Source: Octopus sinensis (lineage: Eukaryota). From it: a DNA stretch of 64,000 bases. Made by a program: the position numbers and the translations under genes. The stretch is from assembly GCF_006345805.1 (NCBI RefSeq), contig NC_043000.1, positions 91,326,001 to 91,390,000 on the forward strand. The letters run 5' to 3'. The notes under the pieces are model-generated. The model did not search any database. It saw nothing but the letters and a program-made list of their open reading frames with translations, and was not told where the DNA came from. Below are positions 38,247 through 51,620 of the stretch, one piece after another (the first letter of the stretch is position 1; each line of letters opens with the position of its first letter).

Positions 38247-39324
38247 TACATGAGACAAAATATCACCTGGCGATTGGTAGAGACTAAAAACTACAATATT
38301 ACTTACACCTTGATAGTAGGAACAAACAGTAAACAAGAATGTTTTCAAGATTTTATAAAATACCACCCCAACCTTCCCATATAATTAATTAATAAAAAAG
38401 ATATTACGCTTAAAACGATAAACATAAAATCCAACGCAAAAAGGGAAAGAAAAGTATCAAGAATATTGACTAATCTCCTTCATATTATATTTTCTCGTGC
38501 ATTTCTTTTTATCACTCTCACTTTCACTCATTTACTTTATGTAGCTATCATTAGCATTCGTAATCTTTCTACTCCTCATTTTCACTCCCTCTTGCTCTAA
38601 CTCTCTATCAAACTTTTTTTTATATATGGTGTTGCTTTAATGTTCTATCGACAGAAGTGTTTTTACCTACGACCCCTTGTAGTGGAAGAGGTCAGTAACT
38701 TTTTTTTTCAAAAACAATGTAGAGGTTTTAATGTTGAGACTTTCAAGCCAAACTAAAGCAAAGAAGTAAATAATTTTTGCAATGTGATTTGTGCGTTAGA
38801 CGAAGTGATGGTGGATGGGTTTGTGGAGTGTTAATAAATAATCTTACCAGAAGCCAACACCAAAACTACCACAAGAAAAATACAGAAGTCTCTGGCGTAC
38901 GGAAAATTTAATCGGAAGTTGTTTTCATTATGTTCTACCGATACTATCTAGAAACAAATATTTTAAAAAATACAATCGAATAAAGAAATGAATAATAAAA
39001 GTGTAGTGTCTATTTTGTTGTTCTGGAAAGTTGATCTATTCGTATTCTCTTTTAGGTTTTTTTTTTTCGAATATAAGAGATCCCTGTAATCTTAAGAAAT
39101 AAAAGTCGCTATAAAAGGGGGTTATTTTGTCAAATGAGATTTTGTTCAATATTAACCAACATATTCTGTTTGTTTGTTTGTTTGTTTTTTTGCTATTGAT
39201 ATTCAGTGGACTTAATACAACAAACCGCTCATCAATCTCCCCCTCCTCATCATGCTCGTCAGCAGGTCAGCATCACTACAACCACTTGCTACTGAAGTTG
39301 CTGCTTTTGTTTGTTTGTTTGTTG

Positions 39325-39695
39325 AGCGAAGTGGTCTTCGTCCCAGAGTGGGAGAAGTCCGAAACGTGGTCCTTTACTATTCGTAAGACCCGCAGAAGAG
39401 AAAGCAGGTCAACCCCCGACACCGAGAGCATCGACGGATGGATGAATGTGCATCCAGGCTCAGCGGCTGCGTAGGAAGCCGGGAATAAGAAACAGGAAGA
39501 AAGAGTGAGAGAAAGTTGGAGCGAAAGTTGGAGCGAAAGTGTACAACAGGGGTCGCCACCACCCACTGCCGGAGCCTCGTGGAGCTTTAGGTGTTTTCGC
39601 TCAATAAACACACACAACGCCCGGTCTGGGAATCGAAACCGCGATCGTCCGACAGCGAGTCCGCTGCCCTTACCATTGGGCCATTACGCCTCCAC
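39325..39695 (-). mobile_element. tRNA-derived SINE family D with an (ACAA)n tail
   Basis: AGGCGTAATGGCCCAATGGTAAGGGCAGCGGACTCG...GGTTTCGATTCCC (A/B boxes); body shared with 16090-16430. Confidence 0.75.
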
Positions 39696-39749
39696 TTGCT
39701 GTTGCTGCTGCTGCTCCTGTTATTACTGTTGCTGTTGTTACTACTACTA

Positions 39750-39784
<35 letters not shown>

Positions 39785-39838
39785 ACTGCTTCTGCTACTG
39801 CTTCTGCTGCTGCTACTGCTGCTGCTGCTGCTGATGTT

Positions 39839-39904
<66 letters not shown>

Positions 39905-42900
39905 GATTTGGGTCCTCTCCCGATGGTCTCATTTTCGTTCGCTACTGTTGGATATTCAGTAATTTAAATAAAATATTCCTTTGTCTTTACATTACCTCCC
40001 AAGAATAAAAATAAACGCAATAACAACACAAATTATAAACAACATAAACCTAGCCGTCACTGAACTAGCCACTGAAACAAAAAAAAGTGATATCACTGAA
40101 CTAAATGACTTGATATACGCAGCAGCCACTGCAGCCACAAAAGAAGCTGGATACTCACCCAAACCCGCCCAAACAGGAGTACCACCACCCAAACAAACCC
40201 TGTGGATAAATAACATCCAACCAAAATTAAAAAAAATTAGAAAAGACCTGTCGATTCTTAATGAAATCAGCAAACAACAACGCTACTGAGCAACAAAAAG
40301 AGAAAAAAATGCTCCGCAAATATAACACCACAGAAAAAGATTTGCCGGAGATAAAAGAAAAGCTGAAGCAAGATATCCTTGCCAAAGCTCAAAGGATCCG
40401 CCGGTACGAGAAACGCCAACGCTTCTTTGAACAGAACAAAAGTTCAACTCCGACCCCAAAAAGTTCTACCAAGAACTGGGCAAAAATAAAATAGAAGTCA
40501 CTGCAGCACCAACGGCAGAAGAATTGGAAGAATTCTGGAGAGAAATATGGTCGGCGAACGAACCACCAAAAAAAGGAGTATCAAAATAACAAACTCGGCA
40601 TCTGAACAAACTTGGACCCCCATAACAACTGAATAGGTCACCCAGGCACTGCAAAGACTAAGCAACTGGAAGGCACCTGGGCATGACAAGATCCCCAACT
40701 TCTGGTTGAAATATCTAACAGGAATGCACAAAAAGCTGGCTGAAAACTTTAACAACGTACTAGCAGAGCCAGAGACAATGCCTGAATGGCTCACGAAGGG
40801 GAAAACCATCTTAATTCCCAAATCAAATGAAACAGAAAAACCAGAAAACTACAGCCCAATAACCTGCCTCCCTACTATGTTCAAGGCATTTACTGCAGTG
40901 ATATCACAAAGGCTGAACAAGCACCTGGACGAAAACAAACTGTTCCCAGAAGAGCAGAAAGGATGCCGCAAAGGCTCATATGGCTGTAAAGATCAACTAA
41001 TGATTAATAAAGCCATAACTGAAGACAGCCACAGAAAGAAGAGAGGCCTCAGTATGGCCTGGATTGACTACAAAAAGGCGTTTGATAGCATCCCCCACAC
41101 ATGGATCCTCGAAACACTAGCCATTAACAAAGTAGCACCAACAATCATAAAATTCATAGAGCACTCTATGAATAAATGGCAAACAGTCCTACACCTCCAA
41201 ACAAAAGAGGGACTCATGAAAACCAAAGACATCCCCATTAGAAGAGGAATATTCCAGGGAGATAGCTCTCTCCACTCCTTTTCTGCTTGGCACTGTCACC
41301 TCTATCTGATATGCTAAATAGAACTGGATGCGGATATAAATGTTACGGCAAAACGATCAGCCACCTTTATATATGGATGACCTAAAACTATACGCTGCAA
41401 ATGACAAACAGCTGGAAACACTATTAAAGACAGTCATGGATTTACTACAGAAGAAATAGATATGAAATTTGGATTAGAAAAATGCGCCAAGTAACCATGA
41501 AAAGAGGAAAACTAGTTAAGAGTAACAACATCACACTAGATGAGCAAATGAAATAAAAGAATTAGACCAAAGCCAAACTTACAAATACTTAGGAATCCAT
41601 GAACTAGATAAGACACAACACACACAAATGAAAGAGAAAATAAAAAAAGAATATCATAGACGAGTTAGATCAATACTAAACACAGAGCTCAATGCTAAAA
41701 AACAGATAATAGGTATCAACACTTTAGCTGTCCCAGTTATAAGTTACAGCTACAATATCCTTAACTGGACACGAAATGAACTGACCAAAATAGACAGGAA
41801 AACAAGAAAAATAATGACAGGATCTAGGATGCATCACCCAAAATCTGACATAGAAAGACTATATATACAACGTATAGAAGGTGGTAGAGGCCTTATACAG
41901 CTGGAAAACTACTATAAAATAACCACCATAGGACTGCAAAAATATCTATTCAGAAGAAAGGAAAACTGATCCAGATAGCGGCAAAACACGAGCAAAACAA
42001 AAAACTGTTCTCAGTATTTAAGGAAGCTGACAAATACAAACAAGAAATCATACCACCTAATAAACATGAAGAAGAAGAAGAAGAAGAAGATGAAGAAACA
42101 ACAAAAGCTATAAAAAAAATGAAATCCAAACTAAAAATAGAACAGCAACGAACCATGATAAAACGATGGCAAGAAAAGCCCCTTCATGGTAAATACTGGA
42201 CTAAACTAAACGCAAAAGAAATAGACAAAGAAAAATCCAGCAATGGTTGAGAAGCTCAGGACTCAAAGCAGAAACAGAGGGATTTTTAATTGCAGCACAA
42301 GACCAAAGCCTCCCCACCAGAAATTACCAAAAACATGTAATGAAAAGAAATATTACAAGTAACTGCAGAATATGTGGAGATGGACAAGAAACAATAAATC
42401 ATATTATCTCTAGCTGCCCAGTCCTGGCTAAGAAGGAATATATTCACAGACATGACAGAGTTGGAACTTACATACATTGGAAGCTATGCCAACATATGGA
42501 ATAACAACAGAAAAAAGATGGTATAGGCACACACCAGAAAAGGTCACAGAAAACGAGAAAACAACCATACTCTGGGATATGCCGATACACACAGATAGAG
42601 AAATTAAGGCCAACAGACCAGATATAGTTGTCAGAGACCATGAAGAAAAAAAATGCTTTCTAATTGATGTATCAGTACCGGCAGATGACAACGTGTCTCT
42701 AAAAGAAATGGAGAAACTCTCAAAATACAAAGACCTGGAAATAGAGGTAACTAGAATGTGGAATCTGAAACAAACAGAAAACATTCCTATCATAGTAGGT
42801 GCATTAGGCATGATAAAAAAATATTCAGACAAATACATAACAAAAACACCAGAACTTACAAACACATATAACATACAGAAAATTGCACTACTAGGCACTG

Positions 42901-43042
42901 CACACATCCTACGCAGAACACTTTCCATACAATAACCATCAGCATCACAACAAATCACAGCACATACCCAAGGCACACAGAGCTGCGCTCGGTAGTGAAG
43001 TGAAAGCACGCTATAAAAATGAAAATAAAACTACTGAATAAT

Positions 43043-43045
<3 letters not shown>
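39905..43045 (+). mobile_element. R4/Dong-clade non-LTR retrotransposon (REL endonuclease), 5'-truncated, with an (AAT)n tail
   Basis: Domain order RT-CCHC-REL, short 3' UTR, then (AAT)n. Dong-type elements are known to target (TAA)n. Confidence 0.85.
39981..42935 (+). pseudogene. RT / CCHC / restriction-like endonuclease polyprotein, multiply frameshifted
   Basis: KAPGHDKIPNFWLK, PITCLPTMFK, EEQKGCRKGSYGCKDQL, WIDYKKAFDSIPH, GIFQGDS, YMDDLKLY, CRICGDGQETINHIISSC, ANRPDIVVRD...LIDVSVP...EKLSKYKDL. Confidence 0.93.
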
Positions 43046-43074
<29 letters not shown>

Positions 43075-43090
43075 TAATAATAATAATAAA

Positions 43091-43645
43091 TGCCCTGATG
43101 CAGTACCAGGCAGTGGCTCTCATGGCTTCTGATCTTAACTGATTGGAAGTGTTATCATGTACATTGTTTTGTCTTGGTATAAAAGATGGGCTACAGCAAA
43201 TATTCTGCTCAATACCACAGATTTGCTTGTCTGTTGTTTGACCTTAACCAGTTGAGCATGTCCCTTAGTGGCTGACGATATGTGCATCTCTGATCACGAG
43301 CAGAAGTAGTGGGGGAGCTCATAGCCATGTGTTGAGAGGGATTCTTTTTGGGGTTTGAATAGTTCACCTCTGGAAACATGGGTGGTTCTTTCAACATCCT
43401 TAAACAACCCTTATTCAGGGACCGTTTGAGCGGGATGGGCTACTCAACCTGAAGAAAATTCTAACTGGGCCCCACCTGCAAGGTCATGTGCTGTTATCTT
43501 GATATGAGATCATCATGTCGCGCACATATGGTTGTGATGCATGTGCCTGGTGTACCTTTATCAGACGGGTAGTCATGATGGGTATATTGGGCTTCGTATA
43601 TTTTACCCCAGTGTCACTTTGATGGCATGAACTGCTCTCTCACTC

Positions 43646-43647
<2 letters not shown>
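43091..43647. mobile_element. Noncoding element X (about 555 bp) embedded in (AAT)n
   Basis: Repeated at 44677-45222 with high identity; (AAT)n on both sides; no ORF or tRNA-like head recognised. Confidence 0.75.
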
Positions 43648-43740
<93 letters not shown>

Positions 43741-43744
43741 TAAT

Positions 43745-44602
43745 AAATCAATGGACCATGATAAAACGATGGCAAGAACAGCCCCTTCATGGCAAATACT
43801 CGACTAAACTAAATGCAAAAGAAATAGACAGAGAAAAATCCCAGCAATTGTTGAGAAGCTCTGAACTCAAAGCAAATTTCTAATTGCAGCACAAGACCAA
43901 ATCTTCCCCAGAAATTACCAAAAACATATAATGAAAAGAAACATAACAAGTAACTGCAGAATATGTGGAGGTGGACAAGAAACAATAAATCAGATTATCT
44001 CTGATTGCCCAGTCCTGGCTAAGAAGGAATATACTCACAGACACGACAGAGTTGGGACCTACATACGCTAGAAGTTATGCCAACACTATGGAATAACAAC
44101 AGAAAAATGATGGATAGGCACACACCAGAAGAGATCACAGAAAACGAGAAAGCAACCATACTCTAGGATACACCAATGCACACAGATAGAGAAATTAAGG
44201 CCAAAATGCCAGACATAGTTGTCAGAGATCATGAAGAAAAAAATACTTTCTAACTGATGTATCAATACCAGCAGATGACAACGTTTCTCTAAAAGAAATG
44301 GAGAAACTCTCAAAATACAAAGACCTAGAAATAGAGGTAACCCGAATATGGAATCTAAAAACAGGAACAATTCCTATCATAGTAGGTGCATTAGGCATGA
44401 TAAAAAAATATTCAGACAAATACATAACAAAAACACCAGGACTTACAAATGTATATAACATACAGAAAATTGCACTACTAGGTACCGCACACATCCTACG
44501 CAAAACACTTTCAATACAGTAACCATACGAGCATCACAACAAACCACAGTACATACCCAAGACTCGGTAGTGAAGTGAAAGCACGATATAAAAGTAAAAC
44601 TA

Positions 44603-44610
<8 letters not shown>
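43745..44610 (+). mobile_element. Second, 5'-truncated R4/Dong 3' fragment (CCHC plus REL plus 3' UTR)
   Basis: Aligns to 42150-43040; MEKLSKYKDLEIEVTRIWNLK...ALLGTAHILRK; (AAT)n tail. Confidence 0.9.
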
Positions 44611-44675
<65 letters not shown>

Positions 44676-44676
44676 G

Positions 44677-45221
44677 CAGTACCAGGCAATGGCTCTCATG
44701 GCTTCTGATCTTAACTGATTTGAAGTGTTATCGTGTACATTGATTTGTCTTGGTATAAAAGATGGGCTACAGCAAATATTCTGCTCAATACCACAGATTT
44801 GCTTGTCAGTTGTTTGACCTTAACCAGTTGAGCATGTCCCTTAGTGGCTGACGATATGTGCATCTCTGATCACGAGCAGAAGTAGTGGGGGAGCATCATA
44901 GCCATGTGTTGAGAAGGATTCTTTGGGGTTTGAATAATTCACCTCTGGAAACATGGGTATTTCGTTCAACGTCCTTAAACAACCCTTATTCAGGGACCGT
45001 TTGAGCGGAATGGGTTACTCAAACTGAAGAAAATTCTAACTGGGCTCCACCTGCAAGGTCATGTGCTGTTTATCTTGATATGAGATCACCATATCGCGCA
45101 CATATGGTTGTGATGCATGTGCCTGGTGTACCCTTATCAGACGGGTAGTCATGATGGGTATACTGGGCTTCGTATACTTTACCCCAGTGTCACTTTGATG
45201 GCATGCTCTGCTCGCTCACTC

Positions 45222-45222
<1 letters not shown>
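44677..45222. mobile_element. Second copy of element X
   Basis: Same sequence as 43091-43647, missing about 8 nt at the left end, same right end CTCACTC-(AAT)n. Confidence 0.75.
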
Positions 45223-45298
<76 letters not shown>

Positions 45299-45509
45299 GA
45301 ACAACAACAACAACAATAATAATATCCTTTCTGTTATAGGCACAAGGCATGACATTTTGTTGTTGGGAGTAAGTAAAATACATCGACTCTAGTGTATCAT
45401 TGGCACCAACAGGTTGAAAGACAGAGTCGACTTTGGTAAAATTCGAACCCAGAATGTATAATATCAGTAGATGTAAAAGGTTAAAGATTGCCAATCTATG
45501 ATAAATGTA

Positions 45510-45805
45510 GAGCACAAAAATCCCGCCCTATTTGCCAGATTTAGCATCTGCGGGCTTCCGTTTCTTCCCCAAAATGAAAATGTAGCTCAACGGTTGCCGT
45601 TCTATAGCACCATTGTTGTGATCCAGAGCGAATCGCAGAAAATCCTCGATTCACTTATGGAAAAAAGATTTCCAGGCCTGATTCCAAAATGGCATGAACG
45701 CTGCGACCGTTGTATTGCTGCGCAAGGTGACTATTTCAAATGAGACGATGTTAAAACTTAGCTAAATAAGTTATTAGACCGGGAACCTTTTGATACCACC
45801 TCGTA
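45510..45805 (+). mobile_element. Mariner-family 3' remnant
   Basis: KWHERCDRCIAAQGDYFK* followed by TIR-like GGAACCTTTTGATACCACCTCG-TA. Confidence 0.65.
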
Positions 45806-45816
45806 AATACTTTGTA

Positions 45817-46515
45817 TTGGGTTGTTCAGAAAGTTCGTGCCGATTTTTAAAGGAAAGAAAAAGGTCAATAAATACATTTCAGCAAGTTTCCTCTAATAAA
45901 AAGTTACCAATCGACCAAGTCAGTTGGTAATTCATATAATATGAACACCAGTTCACTTGGCTACAAATAGGTACAAAAGAGGAACGGTACTGTTTGCCAT
46001 TGATGGCTGGTAGAAAAACATTTTTAATCAACCAAATATGAACCATTTTGTTGCACAATGCGTCTCTATCTTTCCTTTAACTTGAAAATACCCTCTTCCC
46101 AGAATTGAGGTGGTTTCATGGCAAATAATTCATCGAGGTATCTTTTTACGTCATCCAAGGAATTGAAATTTTTACCCCCAGACTATTCTGCAGAGACCTG
46201 AATAAGAGGAAATCCGAAGGAGCAATATCTGGTGAATATGGAGGGTGGGGTAACACATCCCAGCCGAGCTGCAACAATTTTTGTCTGGTTCCCAAAGCAT
46301 CAAGTGTCGAAAATGAACTTTCTTATCTTCCATTTTAAAGGGTTACAGAATTAACACAGGTTATAGGAACATAAACCTTTTTCCACGAAAAGATAGCTTA
46401 AATTGTGCTCTAAATGGAGGTGTAGTCAAATCCTATTTTATGGACTCAACCATGTTCTAAAATAAGTCGAAAGGCAAGCTACTATAAATCGGCACGAACT
46501 TTCCGGACAACCAAA
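45817..46515 (-). mobile_element. Internally deleted mariner (about 700 bp)
   Basis: TIRs TTGGGTTGTTCAGAAAGTTCGTGCCGATTT / AAATCGGCACGAACTTTCCGGACAACCAAA with TA flanks; minus strand encodes HPPYSPDIAPSDFLLF at about 46200-46255. Confidence 0.85.
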
Positions 46516-46851
46516 TACATCTAATTTAGTGTTTTACAAGTGTCATTGAATCAAAAAAGACTCTTGAAAATTTTCAATTGCTTTATTTAATGTAATTTGT
46601 CTTTGGTAAAGTTAAGACATGCGCGCTGGATCTCACCTTACATGATACGTTATACGAGAATTTGAAGTCGGTTCGACACTCTAATCAAAATCTTATCAAT
46701 TCTTCAGTTTTCTACCAGCCATCAATGGCAAACAGTACCGTTCCTCTTTCGTACCTATTTGTAGCCAAGTGAACTGGTGTTCATATTATATGAATTACCA
46801 ACTGACTTGGTCGATTGGTAACTTTATATTAGAGGAAACTTGCTGAAATGT
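45874..46851. repeat. 144-bp near-perfect inverted repeat pair (45874-46017 and 46708-46851)
   Basis: Only 2 mismatches seen between the arms. Confidence 0.9.
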
Positions 46852-46889
46852 AAACACAGATAACTTCGCAACCACCACCACCTCCACCA

Positions 46890-47627
46890 ATACTGTTATC
46901 GTCCTCCTCCTCCTCCTCATCATCATCACCGTCATCATCATCAACACCACAATCATCATCATCATCATTATCATTAGCGACCCCTACCACCATCAGCACC
47001 ACCACCAACACACCACCACCACCACCACCACAACCACCATCATCATCATCATCATCATCATCGTCGTTGCTTGAATGCTTGTTCTTTGCCACTCATTTTA
47101 ACTTTGGAATCAAACAAGAAAACTTTAACCAAAATTGTTATGGTATGGCATGGAACTAATTTATTTCCTTTTGCATCCAAGATCTTGGAGAAAGAAAGAG
47201 AGAAAGAATGTGAGAAGAAGTTACAGAAGGAGTGTTGGGTGTGGTTGCAGAAACAGAAAGTATGAATGCAAACAAAGCACCCCAGAAATCGACAAAAAAA
47301 CCCCAAAAAGTGAAAACAAATAATACTACTACTAATAATAATAACAATAGCAATAATAATAATAAAACAAAGAAAAGCTAGAAAAGAAAAATGCAGGGAA
47401 AGGAAGCCAGGGGCGGGGCAAAGAATGAGGAAGAAAAACAAAACAAACAAAAGGAAATACGGAAAAAGAATAGTTCCAGAGAATTGTAATTGGTAAATCT
47501 ATTTTAGACTATGGAATAAATAAATTAATGATGTTGCGAGGGATCTTCATCAAATTTTGTCTTGCAATCCCATTTCTTCTGTTCATCATCAATGAGAAAA
47601 TAGATACTTTTAACACACACAGACACA

Positions 47628-47669
<42 letters not shown>

Positions 47670-47956
47670 ACACACACACACACAGCTAAGTTACACACAC
47701 GCATACCACTGATTCATGCCGTCACACTCTACGCTTTTGTTTCCTTTGTACCTTAGCCTTCCACCACAGCCATCATGATCATCATCATCACGACGACAAC
47801 GATGACTATGACGACGACGACGACGATGACGACAACCACCACTATCACCATGATCATCATCATCATCATCATCATCAACATGAACATGACCACCGCTGTC
47901 GTCACCACTACCACAACTACCGATACATCAGCAACAATGACTACCACCAGCACTAC

Positions 47957-47992
<36 letters not shown>

Positions 47993-50071
47993 AACCACAC
48001 TACAACCACCACCAAAATCACCAACACCAACACCAACAACATAATACTACCACCTCCACCACTACAACCACATCCACTATCACCTTCATCATCATCGTCG
48101 TCGTCATCATCATCATCATCGTCGTCGTTGTCATCATCATCATTTCCCTTATTACTTCTCACCTCTGTTGCCTCTCCCTTCTCAACCCGCGCCCCCATCT
48201 CGCATTGTTGTCTTTCGCCTTTCTCCTCCCTTCTTCCTCCTCCTCTCTCTCTCTTCCTCTCCTACCATCAATGTCTGTATGTTGCTCTTTATCCTCCCTC
48301 CTCTCACCTTTCCCCAATCGCTCTCTGTCTCTGCCTCCCACTCTCTCCTTTCCTTTCTCTCTCTCTCTCCTCGCTCTCTTCCTTACTCTCTCTTTCCCTC
48401 TATATGTGTTTCAGTTGCTGTTTTGTTACCGTCCTTGTTGCTTTGCAGCAATTAAAACTCGGGGCAGTTGGTGGCGTTGTCAGTGGTGGTGGTGTTGTTG
48501 TGGTTGTTGTTGTTGTTGTTGTTATTGTTGTTGTTGGTGGTGGTGGTGTTGATGGCGGTGGCGTTGGTGACGGTGTGGCTATGTTGATAAAGATGTTGGT
48601 GGTAGTGGTAGTGATGTTTGTGGTGGTTTGGGGGGAGTTTGGCATCGGTAGTGGCGGTGGTGGTGTTGGTGGTGTTGTCAGTCAATGGTGGTAGGCACGG
48701 TTAAGTTGTCATGAAGAAGGTCTTGATGGCTTCTGGAGAATGTGGTGGTGGTGGTAGTGATGGTTGTGGTTGTGGTGGTGGTAGCAGTTGTAGTCATGAA
48801 GATGTTGGTGGTGTTGTCAGTGGTGGTGGCCATGTGGGATAGTGATAGTTGAGATTGTGGTGATGAAAGTGTCAGTGGTTTTGGGAGGACGTGATGGTGT
48901 TGGCGTTAGTGGTAGTGATGGTGGTAGTGGTGGTGGTGGTGGTGGTAGCGATGGTGGTGATGTTGGTAGTGTTGGTGGCGGCGGCACTTGTGATGGTGGT
49001 GGTGATGCTGTGCTGATAGTCGTTGTGTTGGTGGTGGTGGTAGTGATTATGGTGGTGGTGGTGGTGGTGGTGGTGGTGCTGCTGCTGCTGCTGGTAGTCG
49101 TAGTGGTGATGGTGGCTTTGAATATTGTAGAGGCAAAGTAGCGGGACGGGTAGCGGTGGTGTTGGTGTTAGGAGGTGGTGAGCGACTTAATGAGGGATGG
49201 ATGATGTGCAGTCGCAATGGTGGGGGAGCATAAAACTTGTGCCTCTGAAATGTTCTTCAGTCCCACCAACACTAATACTGCAATTGCTTCCCCCCCCCAC
49301 CACCTCCTTCGTCAATCATTGCCAGCGAATACCAGAACCACCACCACTATATACTACCACCCACACACTACAGTAATCCACCACTACAAAGAATTCAGGT
49401 GACGTCAACGATAGTGTTAAAGTTGCAGGTATTCATTTGTAAGGATGGTGGTGGTGGTGGTGTGGTGGTGGTGGTGGTGGTGCTGCTGCTGCTGCTGTAG
49501 TCGTAGTGGTGATGGTGGCTTTGAATATTGTAGAGGCAAAGTAGCGGGACGGGTAGCGGTGGTGTTGGTGTTAGGAGGTGGTGAGCGACTTAATGAGGGA
49601 TGGATGATGTGCAGTCGCAATGGTGGGGGAGCATAAAACTTGTGCCTCTGAAATGTTCTTCAGTCCCACCAACACTAATACTGCAATTGCTTCCCCCCAC
49701 CACCACCACCTCCTTCGTCAATCATTGCCAGCGCTACCAGAACCACCACTATATACTACCATCCACACACTACAGTAATCCACCACTACAAAGAATTCAG
49801 GTGACGTCAACGATAGTGTTAAAGTTGCAGGTATTCATTTGTAAAGAAGGTGGTGGTGGTGGTGGTGGTGGTGGTGGCGGCGGTGGTGGAAGTGGTGGTG
49901 TTGGTACTAGTAATGATGGTGGGGTGGTGGGGGATGGATGGTGAAGGTGTGGCACGGCGCTTCTACGAAGAGATTACCAAAGTCATTATACACTGGGCAC
50001 ATTGTCAGCTAAAACTAATTGCTATTTAGGAAGAGTAATCTCCTCTAGCCCCTACCACAACTAATACCACC

Positions 50072-50124
<53 letters not shown>

Positions 50125-50422
50125 CAACACTACCATCACTACCACCACCTCTAGTACCACCACCATTATCACCGTCATGACCAACATCATTATCACCATC
50201 ATTACTCTTTCTACTACTACTACCACCACAACCACTACCACTACATCCACCATTACCACTTTTACCATCACTATCTCTACTACCGCTGCCACCATTGCCA
50301 TCACAACTATCACCATCACTACTCCTTCTACTACCAACACTATCACTTCCACCACCAGCACCACCAGCACCAGCACCAGCACCAGCACTAGCACCATCCG
50401 CAGCAGCAGCAGCAGCAGCACC

Positions 50423-50486
<64 letters not shown>

Positions 50487-50490
50487 GTTG
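46890..50490. repeat. Large trinucleotide low-complexity domain (CAT/CAC/GGT/TAC/CAG) containing a 403-bp tandem duplication
   Basis: Direct inspection; GTAGTCGTAGTGG at 49094 and 49497. Confidence 0.85.
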
Positions 50491-50645
50491 TGGTTCCTCA
50501 CCCCATCCATGTACTCCACCCTTAAGGACATCATGCCTTTAATTAAAAATAGTGGTTTAGGTTCTGATATCCGTTCAGGTGTGATAGTTTAGGTAGTAGC
50601 AAAGACAATACTTGCAGTAGTAGTACGGGTAGTGGCAAATATCAC

Positions 50646-51020
50646 TCTTTACTCTTTTACTTGTTTCAGTCATTTGACTGCGGCCATGCTGGAGCAGCGC
50701 CCTCAGTCGAGCAAATCGACCCCTAGTACTTATTCTATCGGTCTCTTTTACCGAACCGCTAAGTTACGGGGACGTAAACACACCAGCATCGGTTGTCAAG
50801 CTATGTTGGGGGGGGGGGACAAACACACACACAAACATACACACACACATACATATATACATATATACGACGGGTTTCTTTCAGTTTCCGTCTGCCAAAT
50901 CCATTCACAAGGCTTGTGTCGGCCCGAGGCTATAGTAGAAGACACTTGCCCAAGGTTCCACGCAGTGGGACTGAACTCAGAACCATGTGGTTGATAAGCA
51001 AACTACTTAACACACAGCTA
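50646..51020 (-). mobile_element. SINE family A
   Basis: Reverse-complement match to tail and head. Confidence 0.85.
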
Positions 51021-51267
51021 CCCCCCCCCATATATTGTGTATAGAGTGTTTGTGATTGTTGTACATGTTGTCATGTCTTTAAATGAAGAGAATTGAGTGG
51101 CTTTGATATTGGTAATTGTAAAGTTGATATGGTTTAGTTTTTATGTGGTTTAGGTTGCAGTTGTGGTTGAAGTAATGGTCAGTGTGGTAGTTGTGGTGAA
51201 GGTTGTGAAGTTGTGAAGTTACTAGCTGCAATTCTTGTGATTGTTGAATAGATTGTATTTGTGATGT

Positions 51268-51620
51268 GAAGGCGCATGGTTCAGTGGTTAGAGCGTTGGG
51301 CTCACAGTCATGAGATGGTGAGTTCGATTCCCGGACCGGGTTGTGCGTTGTGTTCTTGAGCAGGACACTTTATTTTCACGTTGCTCCAGTCTGCTCAGCT
51401 GTGGAAACGAATTGCGATGTCACTGGTGCCAAGCTGAATCAGCCTTTGCCTTTCCCTTGGATGACTTTTGGTGGCATGGAGAGAGAAAACTGGAATCAGC
51501 ATTTGCCTTTCCCTTGGGTGACTGTTGGTCTTCCATAAACAACCTTGCCTGGACTTGTGCCTGGGAGTGTAGCTTTCTAGGTGCAATCCCATGATTATTC
51601 ATGACCAAAGGAGGCCTTTA
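51268..51620 (+). mobile_element. tRNA-derived SINE family C
   Basis: GGCGCATGGTTCAGTGGTTAGAGCG (A box)...GAGTTCGATTCCC (B box)...TGTGTTCTTGAGCAGGACACTTTA. Confidence 0.85.

Noticed and set aside
39315-39380. TTGTTGA...CGAAACGTGGTC
   Set aside because: No stem I; lies in a SINE D tail.
43091-43647. HDV-like ribozyme in element X (R2/R4-type elements can carry one)
   Set aside because: Only a partial P3/P4-like arrangement on the minus strand; P1 and P2 could not be paired by eye.
46645-46695. Possible 44-nt minus-strand exon (TTAG acceptor, AAG|GTGAGA donor, frame CRTDFKFSYNVSCK)
   Set aside because: A single short candidate with no neighbouring exons or recognisable domain; expected by chance.
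47753-50542. Poly-V/G/T/H ORFs resembling mucin or glycine-rich proteins
   Set aside because: Open in several frames on both strands, as expected for trinucleotide repeats.
51268-51345. tRNA genes (also 39620-39695, 55958-56035 and SINE A/B heads)
   Set aside because: A/B boxes are present, but there is no complete cloverleaf and each is fused to a repeated SINE body.
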